Below are positions 1 through 11,500 of a stretch of DNA of 64,000 nt, piece by piece (position 1 is the first letter of the stretch; each line of letters starts with the position of its first letter). The position numbers and the translations under genes are program-made. The notes beneath the pieces were generated by a model. The model saw only the letters and a program-made list of their open reading frames with translations. It was not told the origin of the DNA and did no database searches. Origin of the DNA: Ophelia neglecta (lineage: Eukaryota); the NCBI GenBank assembly GCA_965285935.1, contig OZ260661.1, positions 56,606,001 to 56,670,000 on the forward strand, read 5' to 3'.

Positions 1-459
1 ATAAAATATCTATGTTATTGCATGAGTGACACATACGTCAAGGTACTGTACATGGGTATTATCAGTGTTGTAATATCATCAACATTATTTTCTCAGTAAA
101 CTATGTAATCCCACAAGTCTTTCAGCCAAAGCAGCCCATCATGAATAATTTATATGAAAACTTGTAATTTTCTAAACAACATTTAATAGTACATGCAGTT
201 CTAGTACCATTAAATAGTGATAAAATAAAAACAAACAAAAAAGTTAAACTATATAAATCACAACTGTGCACAACACTTTTTAATACACCTTCCCAGCATA
301 TATATATATATAAAATGAGTAACCCTCGGCAAATTCAATTTTTGTAAAACTACAAAAAATAAAGAAAAATCACATTGCCCATGAGATGCTTTGTTATGTT
401 GACATTTGGTCTTTTTGTTTGTACAATTTTATTTCCAGAAATGAACACAAATACCAGTC

Positions 460-1861
460 TCAGTCATCAGAGTAAACCAGTGTAGTATAGTGGGGATATC
501 TCAATTTCATTATGTCAACGGCTTGAGCATGATTGGCCTTTCCATATCCCTGAAACAAATGTATACATCCCGTTAACTGAATATAGGGTACTGGCTCGCC
601 ACTGTATGTACTACAGATTTGTTAATTCATCATCAATTTAGACCTCATTTGTGTTGTTACAAAATGCTTTCATCAAAGACAAATTTAACATTACACTCGA
701 GCATGCATGCGCCAAATGATTAGATATATCTGTGGAACTCTTCCGGGTAGAGATACACTTTTTGATGATGTCATCTTTATCTACTCTGCACTAAAATTAA
801 CAGGTGCCTGTTTCCAGATTTCCCCCAAAAATGTGGAGCACCAGAGCAGTACAGTTATACACCGCACAATATTGGCTAGATACACTATATGGGCATGTAT
901 CAACGGAAGCACTTGTACTGCCATGGGATGGAATCACGCACCCTAGAGACGGTTATACTATGGGTGGAAGTGTGGAAAGTACTCTCTTATAGTTACATGG
1001 ACACATGAATAAAAGACCCCAGGGTAAATGGATGGAATTCCCTCAAAAACAACTGTACACTGTTATAATGTCAAATATAAACATGGCAAATTCCTCTTAA
1101 CAATACTGAAAACTTGAAATATTTGCTAGACTTAATCCTAAAATTTGCATTCAGTTAATTTTTTGGTATACTGATAAGTCAGATTGTTTGCAGGATTTAT
1201 ATCTCACAAATCTCAAAAAGCACGTGATTGCTCTAATTTAATTACCTGGTCCATCTGTATCTCAGCACAGACTACTGTAAAGTCTTAATATTTGTGGGAA
1301 GTTATTTCGGCAAAATTAATTGTCCACAAACATTTTCGACTTTACAGTAAAAACACTGTTCATAGTAATTGAAGTAATTGTAGGACCTATTTGTTTTGAT
1401 ATTTTTGCGATTTTAAGCTTATTGCAAATTGTTTAATATAACCATATGTTAGGCTACCTGCGATTGGCCAGATACTTCAATGAAAAGTTCTGTCGAATTG
1501 TGGGTAATTTTGCCTCCTCCTAGACATTCACAAACCAAGCCAAGTTCTTCCAACTGGGCATCTAATTCATCATAAATATCAGCTGAAAACAAGCAGGAAA
1601 ACAAATTATAAACTGGTTTACTATTTATCCACTTAAATTATACTGATTTACTACTGCAAGGACTTTTAAAGGATTGAAAGAATACCTATACTCACAGTGA
1701 AATTCAGCACTTTTACTCCCTCTGACAATGATCTTGTATTGTTCAGGCTTTTCAGCTTCATATACTTTACAAAGCACATATTTAAACCTGCCGCCATCAT
1801 CAATCGCACAATCATCCACAGCATCCAACTTTGGGTTGGTGGGAATTACAGCTCCAGGCAT
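460..1861 (-). CDS. PHPT1: 14 kDa phosphohistidine phosphatase (Janus/Ocnus family); coding exons 1696-1861, 1458-1582, 460-549; 126 aa
   Basis: Manual splicing at GT-AG junctions gives MPGAVIPTNPKLDAVDDCAIDDGGRFKYVLCKV...IVRGSKSAEFH-SDIYDEL...CECLGGGKITH...EVSGQSQ-GYGKANHAQAVDIMKLRYPHYTTLVYSDD*. It carries the family motifs GxFKYVL, IVRG, catalytic H-x-DIYD, CECLGGGxI and GYGxAxH. An acceptor at 1882-1884 implies an upstream non-coding exon. Confidence 0.92.
1275..1347. mobile_element. Small Tc1/mariner-type MITE
   Basis: TIR CTGTAAAGTC/GACTTTACAG flanked by TA on both sides. Confidence 0.55.
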
Positions 1862-3034
1862 TTTGAAAAACTAGGCCAACACTGTAAAACAAATAACAAA
1901 CAGTATAACATGCTGCCATTGAAGAAAAATATATGTATCACAAGCTTCTGTCTACAGGTGATACAATCATGCGCCTAATGAAAACTTTTCGACCCTGTCA
2001 GAGGCCATGCCAATTCTGTGACCCCCTTAGCAGGGACTCTTTGGCCACCTCTTCTCAAATTCATTTTAACCCATAAGCATAAATTTACTTTTTTTTCTGT
2101 AATGGGTTTAATTCATAGTGCCCTGTGCAACCCCCCTTTTCTTAATACTTAATAGAGTAATTGAATTTTTTTGGGGTGTTCCATTTGGTTAAGGTTAGGG
2201 GTCGACTGGTAGACAATTTTTTTTAAATCGATCTTTTACCGACTCCCCCCTCCCCCAATAGTAAATTGAGAATTACAAACACAACATTGACTACACACAA
2301 CAGCCGTCATTGGGAGTGAGATATGAACCAGTTGATCTGCATTTGTCCAATGTAAAGATCAAAGATACTGGCCACAGTAGCAGGCACCTTTGTCCCCACA
2401 GGTACTCGTTTATACCGTGTCGAGAAGTATAGCTGTCAAGCTGTCAACAGGGCCAAGGAAAGCGCTTTAAAATGTTTTACAAATTTATGAGAAGAAAAAA
2501 TAAGCATAGCAATTGCAATACTAACAACACTTTTCCTACTTATTAGCTTACGTATCACCAGAAGGGTATTGCATGCCAAACAAGTGGAAATTAAAAAAAC
2601 ATTATTTTCTGCGTATAGTCTTGAAAATATCTATGTTTTGCATACCCCAACAAAAGTTTAGGAGAATCCCTTTTGCTCACAACGAGGCTGCAGGGGGATT
2701 CCTTTGTTCAATCACGAAATCAATAAAACTGTGCGCTAAAATGTTTAGTTTAAAAATATATTGACAAAAAATGTTAATCATATCAATATGCTTGTCCACA
2801 GTCGAGTGGCTGATCATGCTGCAAAATGTATTGAAAGTCAAAGTACGCGTGTCTTCATCATTGCGACACTCTGATTTTGCAACAAGCTCCTCATCCGGTC
2901 AAAACATCCAGCCAGTAGTACAGTTTAAAACGAAATAGTTGGTGTTGACCAGTGATATACGAAGTGTCCGTGGTGTTGTGATACATGCATGCAAGAAAAC
3001 AAAATTTCTTGATTTAGCTTCCACAGCCGGAGAA

Positions 3035-6000
3035 ATGCCTTTACCCGCGGCATTGGCAGCTAGACTAGCTAAGAGGGGAATCGTTTCCACCCCTCCAACA
3101 CCCCCTGCTCCTAAGAAGGGTAAGGAATAAATAATTAACAGGGGACGATCATTCATTGTGATCGGGGGTGGCGGGGGTGGGGGGGGGGTTCTTTTCATAT
3201 ATACAGGACACTCTTTTCAAGCCCTGGTGAATATGTCAATTCTTAATTTAACCCTTTCAACATATACCCTAAACTTCACATTGTTTCTGCTATGCCCTGC
3301 ACTCATCATTGTATTTAAACTCCTTGCTTTTGTGTTTTTGCTGTCCTGGAGTCTACCTCATGTATAAAAGCCTGTTAATTCTCTTTATTACTTATTACGG
3401 TATGCTTGGGCCACCTGTTTCCACGCGATGCCTCATGGGATAATAGGAGGGGATAGAAAAAAAAGCAACGGCTTACAAATGGCTATACATTATGGTTACT
3501 GAATTTAATGCCTGGAGTTTGCTTGGTACTAGAAATTCACCGAGGAATGCACACAAACGATGTGTGGCATCTCGTCTAAAAGTCTAGCGCTGCATGGTAG
3601 GCCTGCTACGTTCTGTGTGCTTGAGAAATCGGTCCCCTGTAGGCTCAGGGACTTCCGGGAACGTAACTAGTGAAAGTGGTAATCATTGTTGAAGAGAATT
3701 ATGTACATATATTTCTGTTCCTTAATCAAACTGTAGAAATTAATGTAAAATCTATACTTATATTTTATCATTACACTCAACAGCTTCAGTCAACGATCAG
3801 GTTGAAGAAGTCTTTGCTGAAGACTACGATGAACATCCACCTGAACAACCAAAGAAAGTTAGAGATGATGGTGGTAGTGACAGCGAAGATGATGACCGAG
3901 AAATTATTCATGATTCTATTGCTTGTCCTAATAAATCAAACCCATACCACCAGTGTGTGGCATTCTGCCATGAGAAATGGGGAGCTCATGAGTTTGAGCC
4001 AAAAGTAAGCATGAAAAGGAAAAAAGATCGAATGCTTAAAAAATATCCTTTACCAGAAGGATGGGTTGAAGTTGGGGATCCTGAAACGTAAGTTGATTTT
4101 CTCAGTAGGAATGCCAAATTTCAGTGATCTAGTTTGAACACTTATTAATAACTAATAGGTTTATTTCTCAGAAATATTGCCAACAGATTTATTCAAGCTG
4201 ACCCCCCCCCCCCCTCTCCCATAGGCTGTCGTTATCTGGTACGGCCCCTGTGTACTACCAATAAGTACACGTTGCTTATTGGTAGTACACAGGGGCCGTA
4301 CCAGATAACGACAGCCTATGCCCTCTCCCACCTGCTTTAGGAGTGGGGCGGGATGGGTGCATGAAGAGACACACTTTTAACTGTGGCAGTTTGCCAGAAA
4401 CACTTAAATAGATAAAATGTTCACTATATGATTTTTTTCATAGTAAAGCAGAATATGAAAGGTATGGGTAATAATATTCTGTTTATACTTTCAGGAACAG
4501 ATATTATTACTGGAACACAGAAACAGATGAAGTGTCCTGGCTCTCACCAAAACATCCGCGGGCTAAAGTGTCCTTGTCAGCAGATGTACTCAAACGTAGG
4601 CACACTCTCATTTAACTAAATATTATATTACTGTTCAAGTTGCCATATCATGTAATTGTTCTATTTGTAATTATTTGGACATTTAATTCCTTTTCAACAA
4701 GCCTACAATCAATTTAAATGTACAGTCTACCCACAGTTAACCACCAACATCAGGACTTTATTATTTAAAGTGGTAGTTGGGCAAGGATGGAAAATAATCC
4801 GGGGTTGATAATGGGCTTTGGTTAATGACACAATTCACAAGGATTTCAGGCCCACTTTAGCTACACACGCCCTTCAAGACATAAGCCAATGCAAAACTTG
4901 CTTAATCTTTCTTAAAATACACCAGAAATCATGATCACATTAATGATACATACTGATTAAAATAAGTTTCAAGAAATTAGTGTGCGTATGTCCCTCACAT
5001 TGATTCCCTTGCAGTGCGGGACTGGGGCTAACGTTATCTTTTAACCTTAGTAACAAATTCAGCCAGTGCTCAACACTGCACTTGTAAAGATTGATGGTCT
5101 AGCTGCCTTTTGCTTGGCCCGTAATCCGGCAATGTCAAAGGCTGTGGCAACCATGTGTCCAGCTGAAGCCTAATTTGCATACATATGGCTGAGAAGGTGC
5201 AAAAATATCCACGTGGGTTTTTAGAATGTGCTTTTATTTTTTTTGCAGTCCCGTTACTTTATACCTGTTGGTGTTTATTAATTAATTTAATTGCCATGCA
5301 GGGTCAACTCAGCGACTTGGTGGACAGCTGGGAGGATCAGAAGAAAGTGAGAGTGAGAGTGATGAAGATGAGGAGAAGGAGATGGACCTCGACATGGATG
5401 TGAGTGTCTTGTGCTGAGAATATATGTACCACAATGTATTTATCAGTCATAAATTTAGCAAATTTGGTAGTTAAAGGCCAACATTGGAAATTAAAAAGTG
5501 CATAAGAAAAATATGCCCAATGACCGAGCATGAGGTTTGTGTCATACAAGAAAACATTATTTGAGAGCACACTGATGTAAACTGGAACCAAAAAAACAAT
5601 AATAAATTAATCTTTTATTGTTTGAATCAAAATAGTATTTTTGTTTTATTTTTCCTTCTAAGGATGAAGACTTTGAAAAGTTGGAGAGAGAAATAATGAG
5701 AGAGAAGCAAGAAAATGAAGAGAGGAGACAAAGTAGCAGAGGCGGCCGAAGTAAGCTTTGGTTAACTAATGTGACACCTAAAAATAGCTATAAAGCCCAG
5801 AAAGTCTTCACCTGTAAAAGTCTCTTTACCAGTAACTAGTCCAGAAACACACACTTTACTGTTACTTTGATTAATACCAAATTGAGTATTACAATGATAA
5901 TTTCTATGTATTTGAAGCTTTTCACGAAGCAAACCATGTTTACCATACATGTACATTCCTAAAGGTAATTGCAGACTTGGCATATAATTATGACACAAGA

Positions 6001-6750
6001 ACCCCGGCAGTGTGCCATCTAGTAGAGTCAGTGATTGGCCTTTTGCCTAAGCTGATTGGCTAGCCAAAAGTAAAACATTCTTGTTGTAAATCATTCTCTA
6101 CCATGTTATGCCTTGTCTAAAAACTATTTTTAACCCATTAATAACTGGATACTGGGGATGTGTAGCGAATAAACAGAGTTGTTAAAGGGTTAAACTATTC
6201 AAAGCCTTTTCAATAGAATGAAACCTTAAACACAGAGAACATTTATATTTCTGAACAGGAGGTAGAGAGAAAATTAAAGAAGAGCTGGATCCCATGGACC
6301 CTGCTTCTTACTCTGATATACCAAGGTGGGTATGAAGTCCTCAAGTCTATTGATACTTTCATTAATTCTTACTATAATTTGGCACAGTTGCCTCATTTCT
6401 GTGTACATGATTCTGATGCTGTTTTTATACTTAATACAACTATGTTAAATGTATTTTAGGTTTTTTATATGCATTTACTAGAGCTTAACAAAAATGTTTT
6501 TGTCCAGCAAGTAAGAACTACTCCTTTGGTGAATGTATATACTATGGCACCTGTGTTTGTTTGTTAACTCTTCATGGCCATGAATTTTACCAATTTTATT
6601 TTGTCACTCCCTTGTAGGGGCTCGTGGTCAGACGGATTAGAGAGAACAGGAGCCAAGACTGGGGCAGACGTCACTGCCTCAGGCCCACTCTTCCAGCAGC
6701 GACCATATCCTAGTCCTGGGGCAGTGCTACGCATGAATAAGGACAAATGA
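3035..6750 (+). CDS. PQBP1: Polyglutamine-binding protein 1; exons 3035-3119, 3784-4087, 4495-4595, 5302-5399, 5663-5750, 6259-6325, 6618-6750; 291 aa
   Basis: N-terminus [27 protein letters not shown] domain [31 protein letters not shown], and C-terminal [21 protein letters not shown]...[26 protein letters not shown] (YxxPxxVL motif that binds U5-15kD). Exon phases are consistent (876 nt in total). Confidence 0.96.
4220..4320. mobile_element. 101-bp palindromic MITE (hAT/P-type) in PQBP1 intron 2
   Basis: Perfect 46-bp inverted arms with a 9-nt spacer and an 8-bp TSD CCCTCTCC (4212-4219, 4321-4328). Confidence 0.9.
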
Positions 6751-6865
6751 TTTAATATTTATCACTTCAATTTTTTTATCACACCATTTTATATTTCAGA
6801 CCTCGTCTAATATCCACCATTCATTATTTTTTTCAATATGCATATTTTTGACTGCCTGGTAAATG

Positions 6866-6887
6866 AATAAAATCAACCTGAAATAAA
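6866..6887 (+). terminator. Candidate polyadenylation signals of PQBP1
   Basis: AATAAA at 6866-6871 and 6882-6887, about 120 nt after the stop, followed by GT/T-rich sequence. Confidence 0.55.
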
Positions 6888-8008
6888 CGAGTCGTTCTGG
6901 CGAAATTGTCTTTTATAGCTGGGTTTTTGAGAAAATACACTGTGGATTTTAATTATTATTGTAGGTGTATCGGTACTTAAGATGGTTCAATGCACTTGAA
7001 AGACATCCACTCTCCTGTATATGATGGTTATATTTTATTATTTTGTCTAAGTAAGCTTGTATGTGTGAAATAAACTGGGGTAACATGTATTTCTTGTTTT
7101 ATTTCATTTCCTTTAAATTTTTGATGCTGTTTTGCCTGGATACATTAAAACAAATTAAGTTAATGGTGTGCTGCACCTGGGTATAAATATTTGTATTTAA
7201 AATAAAATGTATCTATACAGCTTAAATTTCCATTTTTTGTCAAGGCTGAATGAAATAGGACATTGAATTATGTCATTTAATGTGGTAATTATAACTGTAA
7301 TTTATTTATTTATTTAAACTTTAAGGTCAGTCCTAAATGAACACAAATCTCCAGGATCAAACACCTTATTTGGCCTTGGTTTGACATTATTCCAACAAAC
7401 TGTCTGAGAGATATGGCAAAAAAGTCTCACAATAAAGCTATGCCTGGTTTCAAATTTTGAAACCTCAAGATCTTCATGCATGGCAAAATGAATCTTGAGA
7501 TCGAGGCGCTTCATTAAGATTTAGTTTTGTTTCAATACAACCAACAATTCAAGCCATTTAAGAAAAAATGTTGTTTTTCCACCAAAGTGCTGCCACTAGT
7601 GGTCAAACATGAAACAGGAAATTCACAAAGACACATTGAATCTTTTCCTACTGGTGGTCAGTCTGTGTGGTAAATATAAAAATTCAACATTGTGTTTTGT
7701 TTAAGTCATTGCTCAAACACAAAAACAGTATCCCTGATTATATTCAGGGATATAATTATGTAAGGGCTATACAAATTAAAAACAATGAGGTTGGGGTGGA
7801 GCACAGCTTCCCCCTCCCAATATATCATTTTTAGGACCTGCTCACAACCAGATGTGAACCTACCGAGATTAATTGCAATTCTCCCAAAATCACCAGTTGT
7901 ACATGTTTAAGAAAAATACCAGTATATATTACTTAATTATTACCTGCAAGACATGCAAACTTTTCATTCGAAATAATGAAAGACTCAATTCATTTAATTT
8001 CATTCAAC

Positions 8009-8014
8009 TTTATT
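8009..8014 (-). terminator. Candidate polyadenylation signal of HUWE1
   Basis: TTTATT on + (AATAAA on -), about 900 nt past the HUWE1 stop. Confidence 0.45.
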
Positions 8015-8920
8015 CAACTGAATTGAACATTGTCAATAAACTTTCTCTTCTTATTCACACCCAGGAACCTGGAGCCTCCAAAGTAATTCATCAATCGTAT
8101 TAAATTGTACATCATTAATTATAAACACTAGTGTCTGTGGAAACCATTGAAGCAGCAGGACTCTGTTTTCCACTGCAATACTGAGAGTACATATTTTCAA
8201 CACGGCAGCACAAGTAGATCATTGTATTGTATGTATGTCTTGGCTAACAGTCAGAAGCCCTGGACTCCTAAGACGCAATGAAAAGTGAGGTTGGGTGAAG
8301 GCGTAAAGGATAACCTTGTTAGGGATTCTTTAACTGTTAGACATGGTGACCAGTAGCAGAAGTTTGGTGTAAAAGTATAGGGAGAACAGTAGCTCACCTT
8401 TTCACAAGACTCTAAAGCAAACCTTAACAAGCGACAGCTTTCAATAACTATAGTGTTTGCACATATTTATAGCTAGTCACATCAAAAGTTAGCATTATTA
8501 TCTTACATACCATATGCTGGAAATATTATTATTATTATATATATAGGTATCAAACTGCTTGTCTGAAATGTGTCAGAAATCTCCAGATGTAGCATCATCT
8601 ACATAATACAGGACCATGTGTATCCCATGCTTTGATTAGTACAAGTATTTAACATTACAAATTAATTGTTTCACACATATCTACAAAGCTGGCACACTAG
8701 CAGTTGGTAAGTGGCTCCCCCCAGGCTCAACACTGGAGCTAATCTTGCAGCTCAGCCTAGACATCCAAGTCTATATATTATTATTGTACTGTAGTGTAGC
8801 CCTAAATTACACACCATAGTTGCATTTTCATACAAATGATCAAGTCAACGAAACCATTTTCATTTTTTTTATACAAAATAGCATTATCACACTTGAGGGG
8901 AATACACTGCTATTCCAGCT

Positions 8921-11500
8921 TTAGGCCAGTCCGAAGCCTTCTGAACATTCATGTATAGCCGTCAGCATCTGTTTTCTTAACTTGTCATATGTTTCATAAG
9001 CAGGCAAGTCCAACTGGTTGAAACTGAAAATAGTAAAGTAAAAAATAGTGAAAATATGAACTAGAGCTCTACACATAAAATTTTAACTTAAAACTTCCAC
9101 CATTATACTGACTCATACTGTTCAATTTAGTGCAGTAAATTAAAGAAAACAACAGCCATTCGTACCACGTGTGAGCACAAGGCAGTCTATCAGTTGATCG
9201 GTCGTCCTTGTGAATCTGGAATTTCTGTGTGCCGTTCATGCCCTCTAGGAAGGCAAAGCCTTGTAGGGGCACCTTGGATGTACCGGTCACAAACTGTAAG
9301 AAGCAGGCCCTCTCCGCCTGGTCGAATGATCGCAGGGCTCGCCAAAACCATTGGATCTGCAAGGAAATTCACACAAGGTTTAACAACAATCACTTTAAGC
9401 TATGGCACTGGTCCTTATCAAAATGGCAGGCTCATAAAAAAAATTTCCATTTGAATCAAAAGTCCTCAATATTCGAAGTTTTACTACAGTGGTATGGTTA
9501 TTATCTTTTATTAAGAGTAGTTTTGTAACTGATTAAATATATTCCTCATAATAAAGATGGACCGAACCATTTCTGTTTTATACTTTGATTGGCAGATTGG
9601 TCAAATAACTTTCTATACAAATACTATTTCTAAGTCTGGCAGACATATATCATGGAGCGTATGAATTGGCTGGCTCACCTGCAGCGAGTTGATTTGGTAT
9701 TTATGATATTCGGTGTTGGCCTTGAGGTCGTCGATGTCGATGGTTGGCAGGCCAGAGATGAGCAGCTCCAGCTCCTGCTCGTTGAAAATGGAGATCAGCC
9801 TCTTGGGTATGATATCGTAGAAACCCTCTAGAAACCCGTTCAGCTGTTTGCGAATGGCGCCCGTCATTTTCATCTGACACACCAGGTTGACATATTCCTT
9901 CTTATTCTCCTCCGTCACCTTGATGTTTGCCCCATTGGGTTTCAGTTCCCGGGCTTCCGTTACTCCGAACTCTTGGATCTGTCCGGGTAACAAACAGGAG
10001 AGTTAGGATCTCAGATTAAGAAGGCTGTAGATATACGACATGTTCATACATTGTTCTGGTTACCTCAGGCTTCAGCCAGAAGGAAGACTTTACCTCTGTG
10101 TCTTTATACACAAATATAATGAATTCAAATCGATACAGTAGAGTTTAAAACTTTGAACAGTTAAACATTCCAATGGTATTGTTTCCTCACCTCTGTGCTG
10201 AACATCAGATCATAACCCAAATCCACAACATTATTTTCAAGCAAGAAAACTAGCCCCTGGTAAAACGCATAATCTTCACTCTCCATGTCAATATATCTGC
10301 AATGTATATCACATGGTTAATAAAAGATACCACATTCAAACACTATAGATAATCAGATAAAAATCAGATCAGACGCCAAATACATGCTGAGGTAAGAGGA
10401 GGGTGTCTTACTTGACAGGGACTCCCAGGATGTGTTTGTAGAAGGAGCGTGTGAAGTAGCATTCCAGCAGCTTATTGTCATAGATGGCCTTGGCAATGAT
10501 ACGGCCGACAAACTTGAAGTAGCTCAGGTGATTGGTGTTACAGTGTGAGGCGGGGTTGATAGTGTAGGTCACACGGTCACCCGACGAGGTGGAGAAAAGG
10601 GCGTACATGGGATTGAAGATCTCACGAGAGATGATGATATACCACTCACGTAGTAGCCCACCCGCATCCTGGCCTTCCTCCCCTGAATAACAAAACACCT
10701 ACATGTCAGAATTCACCATCAGGTTTTAATACAACCAACTACTTAAATCATTAACCTTTTTTACATGAATAAGATTTAAACATATTTAATTAACTGTAAT
10801 AAAAAGGTATTCCAATCATATACACAGGTGACAGAGATGGTGCATTTCTTCCACCGGTTAAAAGACAAAGTTCAAATACAAAGAAGATAAACAAGACTTA
10901 GTGCTTAAGGGAGTTATAAAAAGGTTAACTGAAGTTACCTATGCTATAGCATCTAAATTGTTACATAAAATTAATCTCAGGCCATAAATGTATTTCTGTA
11001 GACAACAATTTTTGTAGGCTTAGCCAATGCCGGGTTAACACCATTTCAAAGTGATAGCATCGTAAGTAGACTAGGCCATTTCATATCACCACACACTTTT
11101 CTTTAAAAAAAGTCGCATGCAATAAACTAAGGTGTCTGATAGGGAATAGCCCTGAAGACAGAATACTTCAATCATCAGGAAAATAACAACCATGTTCTTA
11201 TAGCACTTGAGGTAAGTTTCACTAGCATACATTGGCCAGGAAACCTTTCAAAAAGTGCACATCTTCCCCCCCCCCCCCTGGTGGGTTACTATACCTTCAA
11301 ATACAATGTAGAATCTGTGTTTCCATTCGTCCTGATTCCTCCTGTGTAGCTCCCTGAAGGAATCCTCAAAGACGTGTTCTCTCCTGACATGTACTGCCAG
11401 GTCTTCCCGCCTCAGCCCTTCGTCCATACGCTCCAGCTCCTGCCGGAAGTATCTACGCTTCACATCAAAGTCTAACACCTTGGTGTGGTCTACAAGGACC
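8921..11500 (-). other. HECT catalytic domain exons of HUWE1
   Basis: [39 protein letters not shown]; the catalytic Cys codon is split across the 9166/9023 junction (AHT-C-FNQLDLP). Confidence 0.95.

Noticed and set aside
707-992. Short ORFs in PHPT1 intron 2
   Set aside because: No recognisable motifs or splice support.
5010-5155. Two-hairpin element in PQBP1 intron 3 as an H/ACA RNA
   Set aside because: No ANANNA hinge or terminal ACA in either orientation.
7586-7606. CTCF-like motif between the convergent genes
   Set aside because: One-base deletion relative to the consensus core; not distinguishable from chance.
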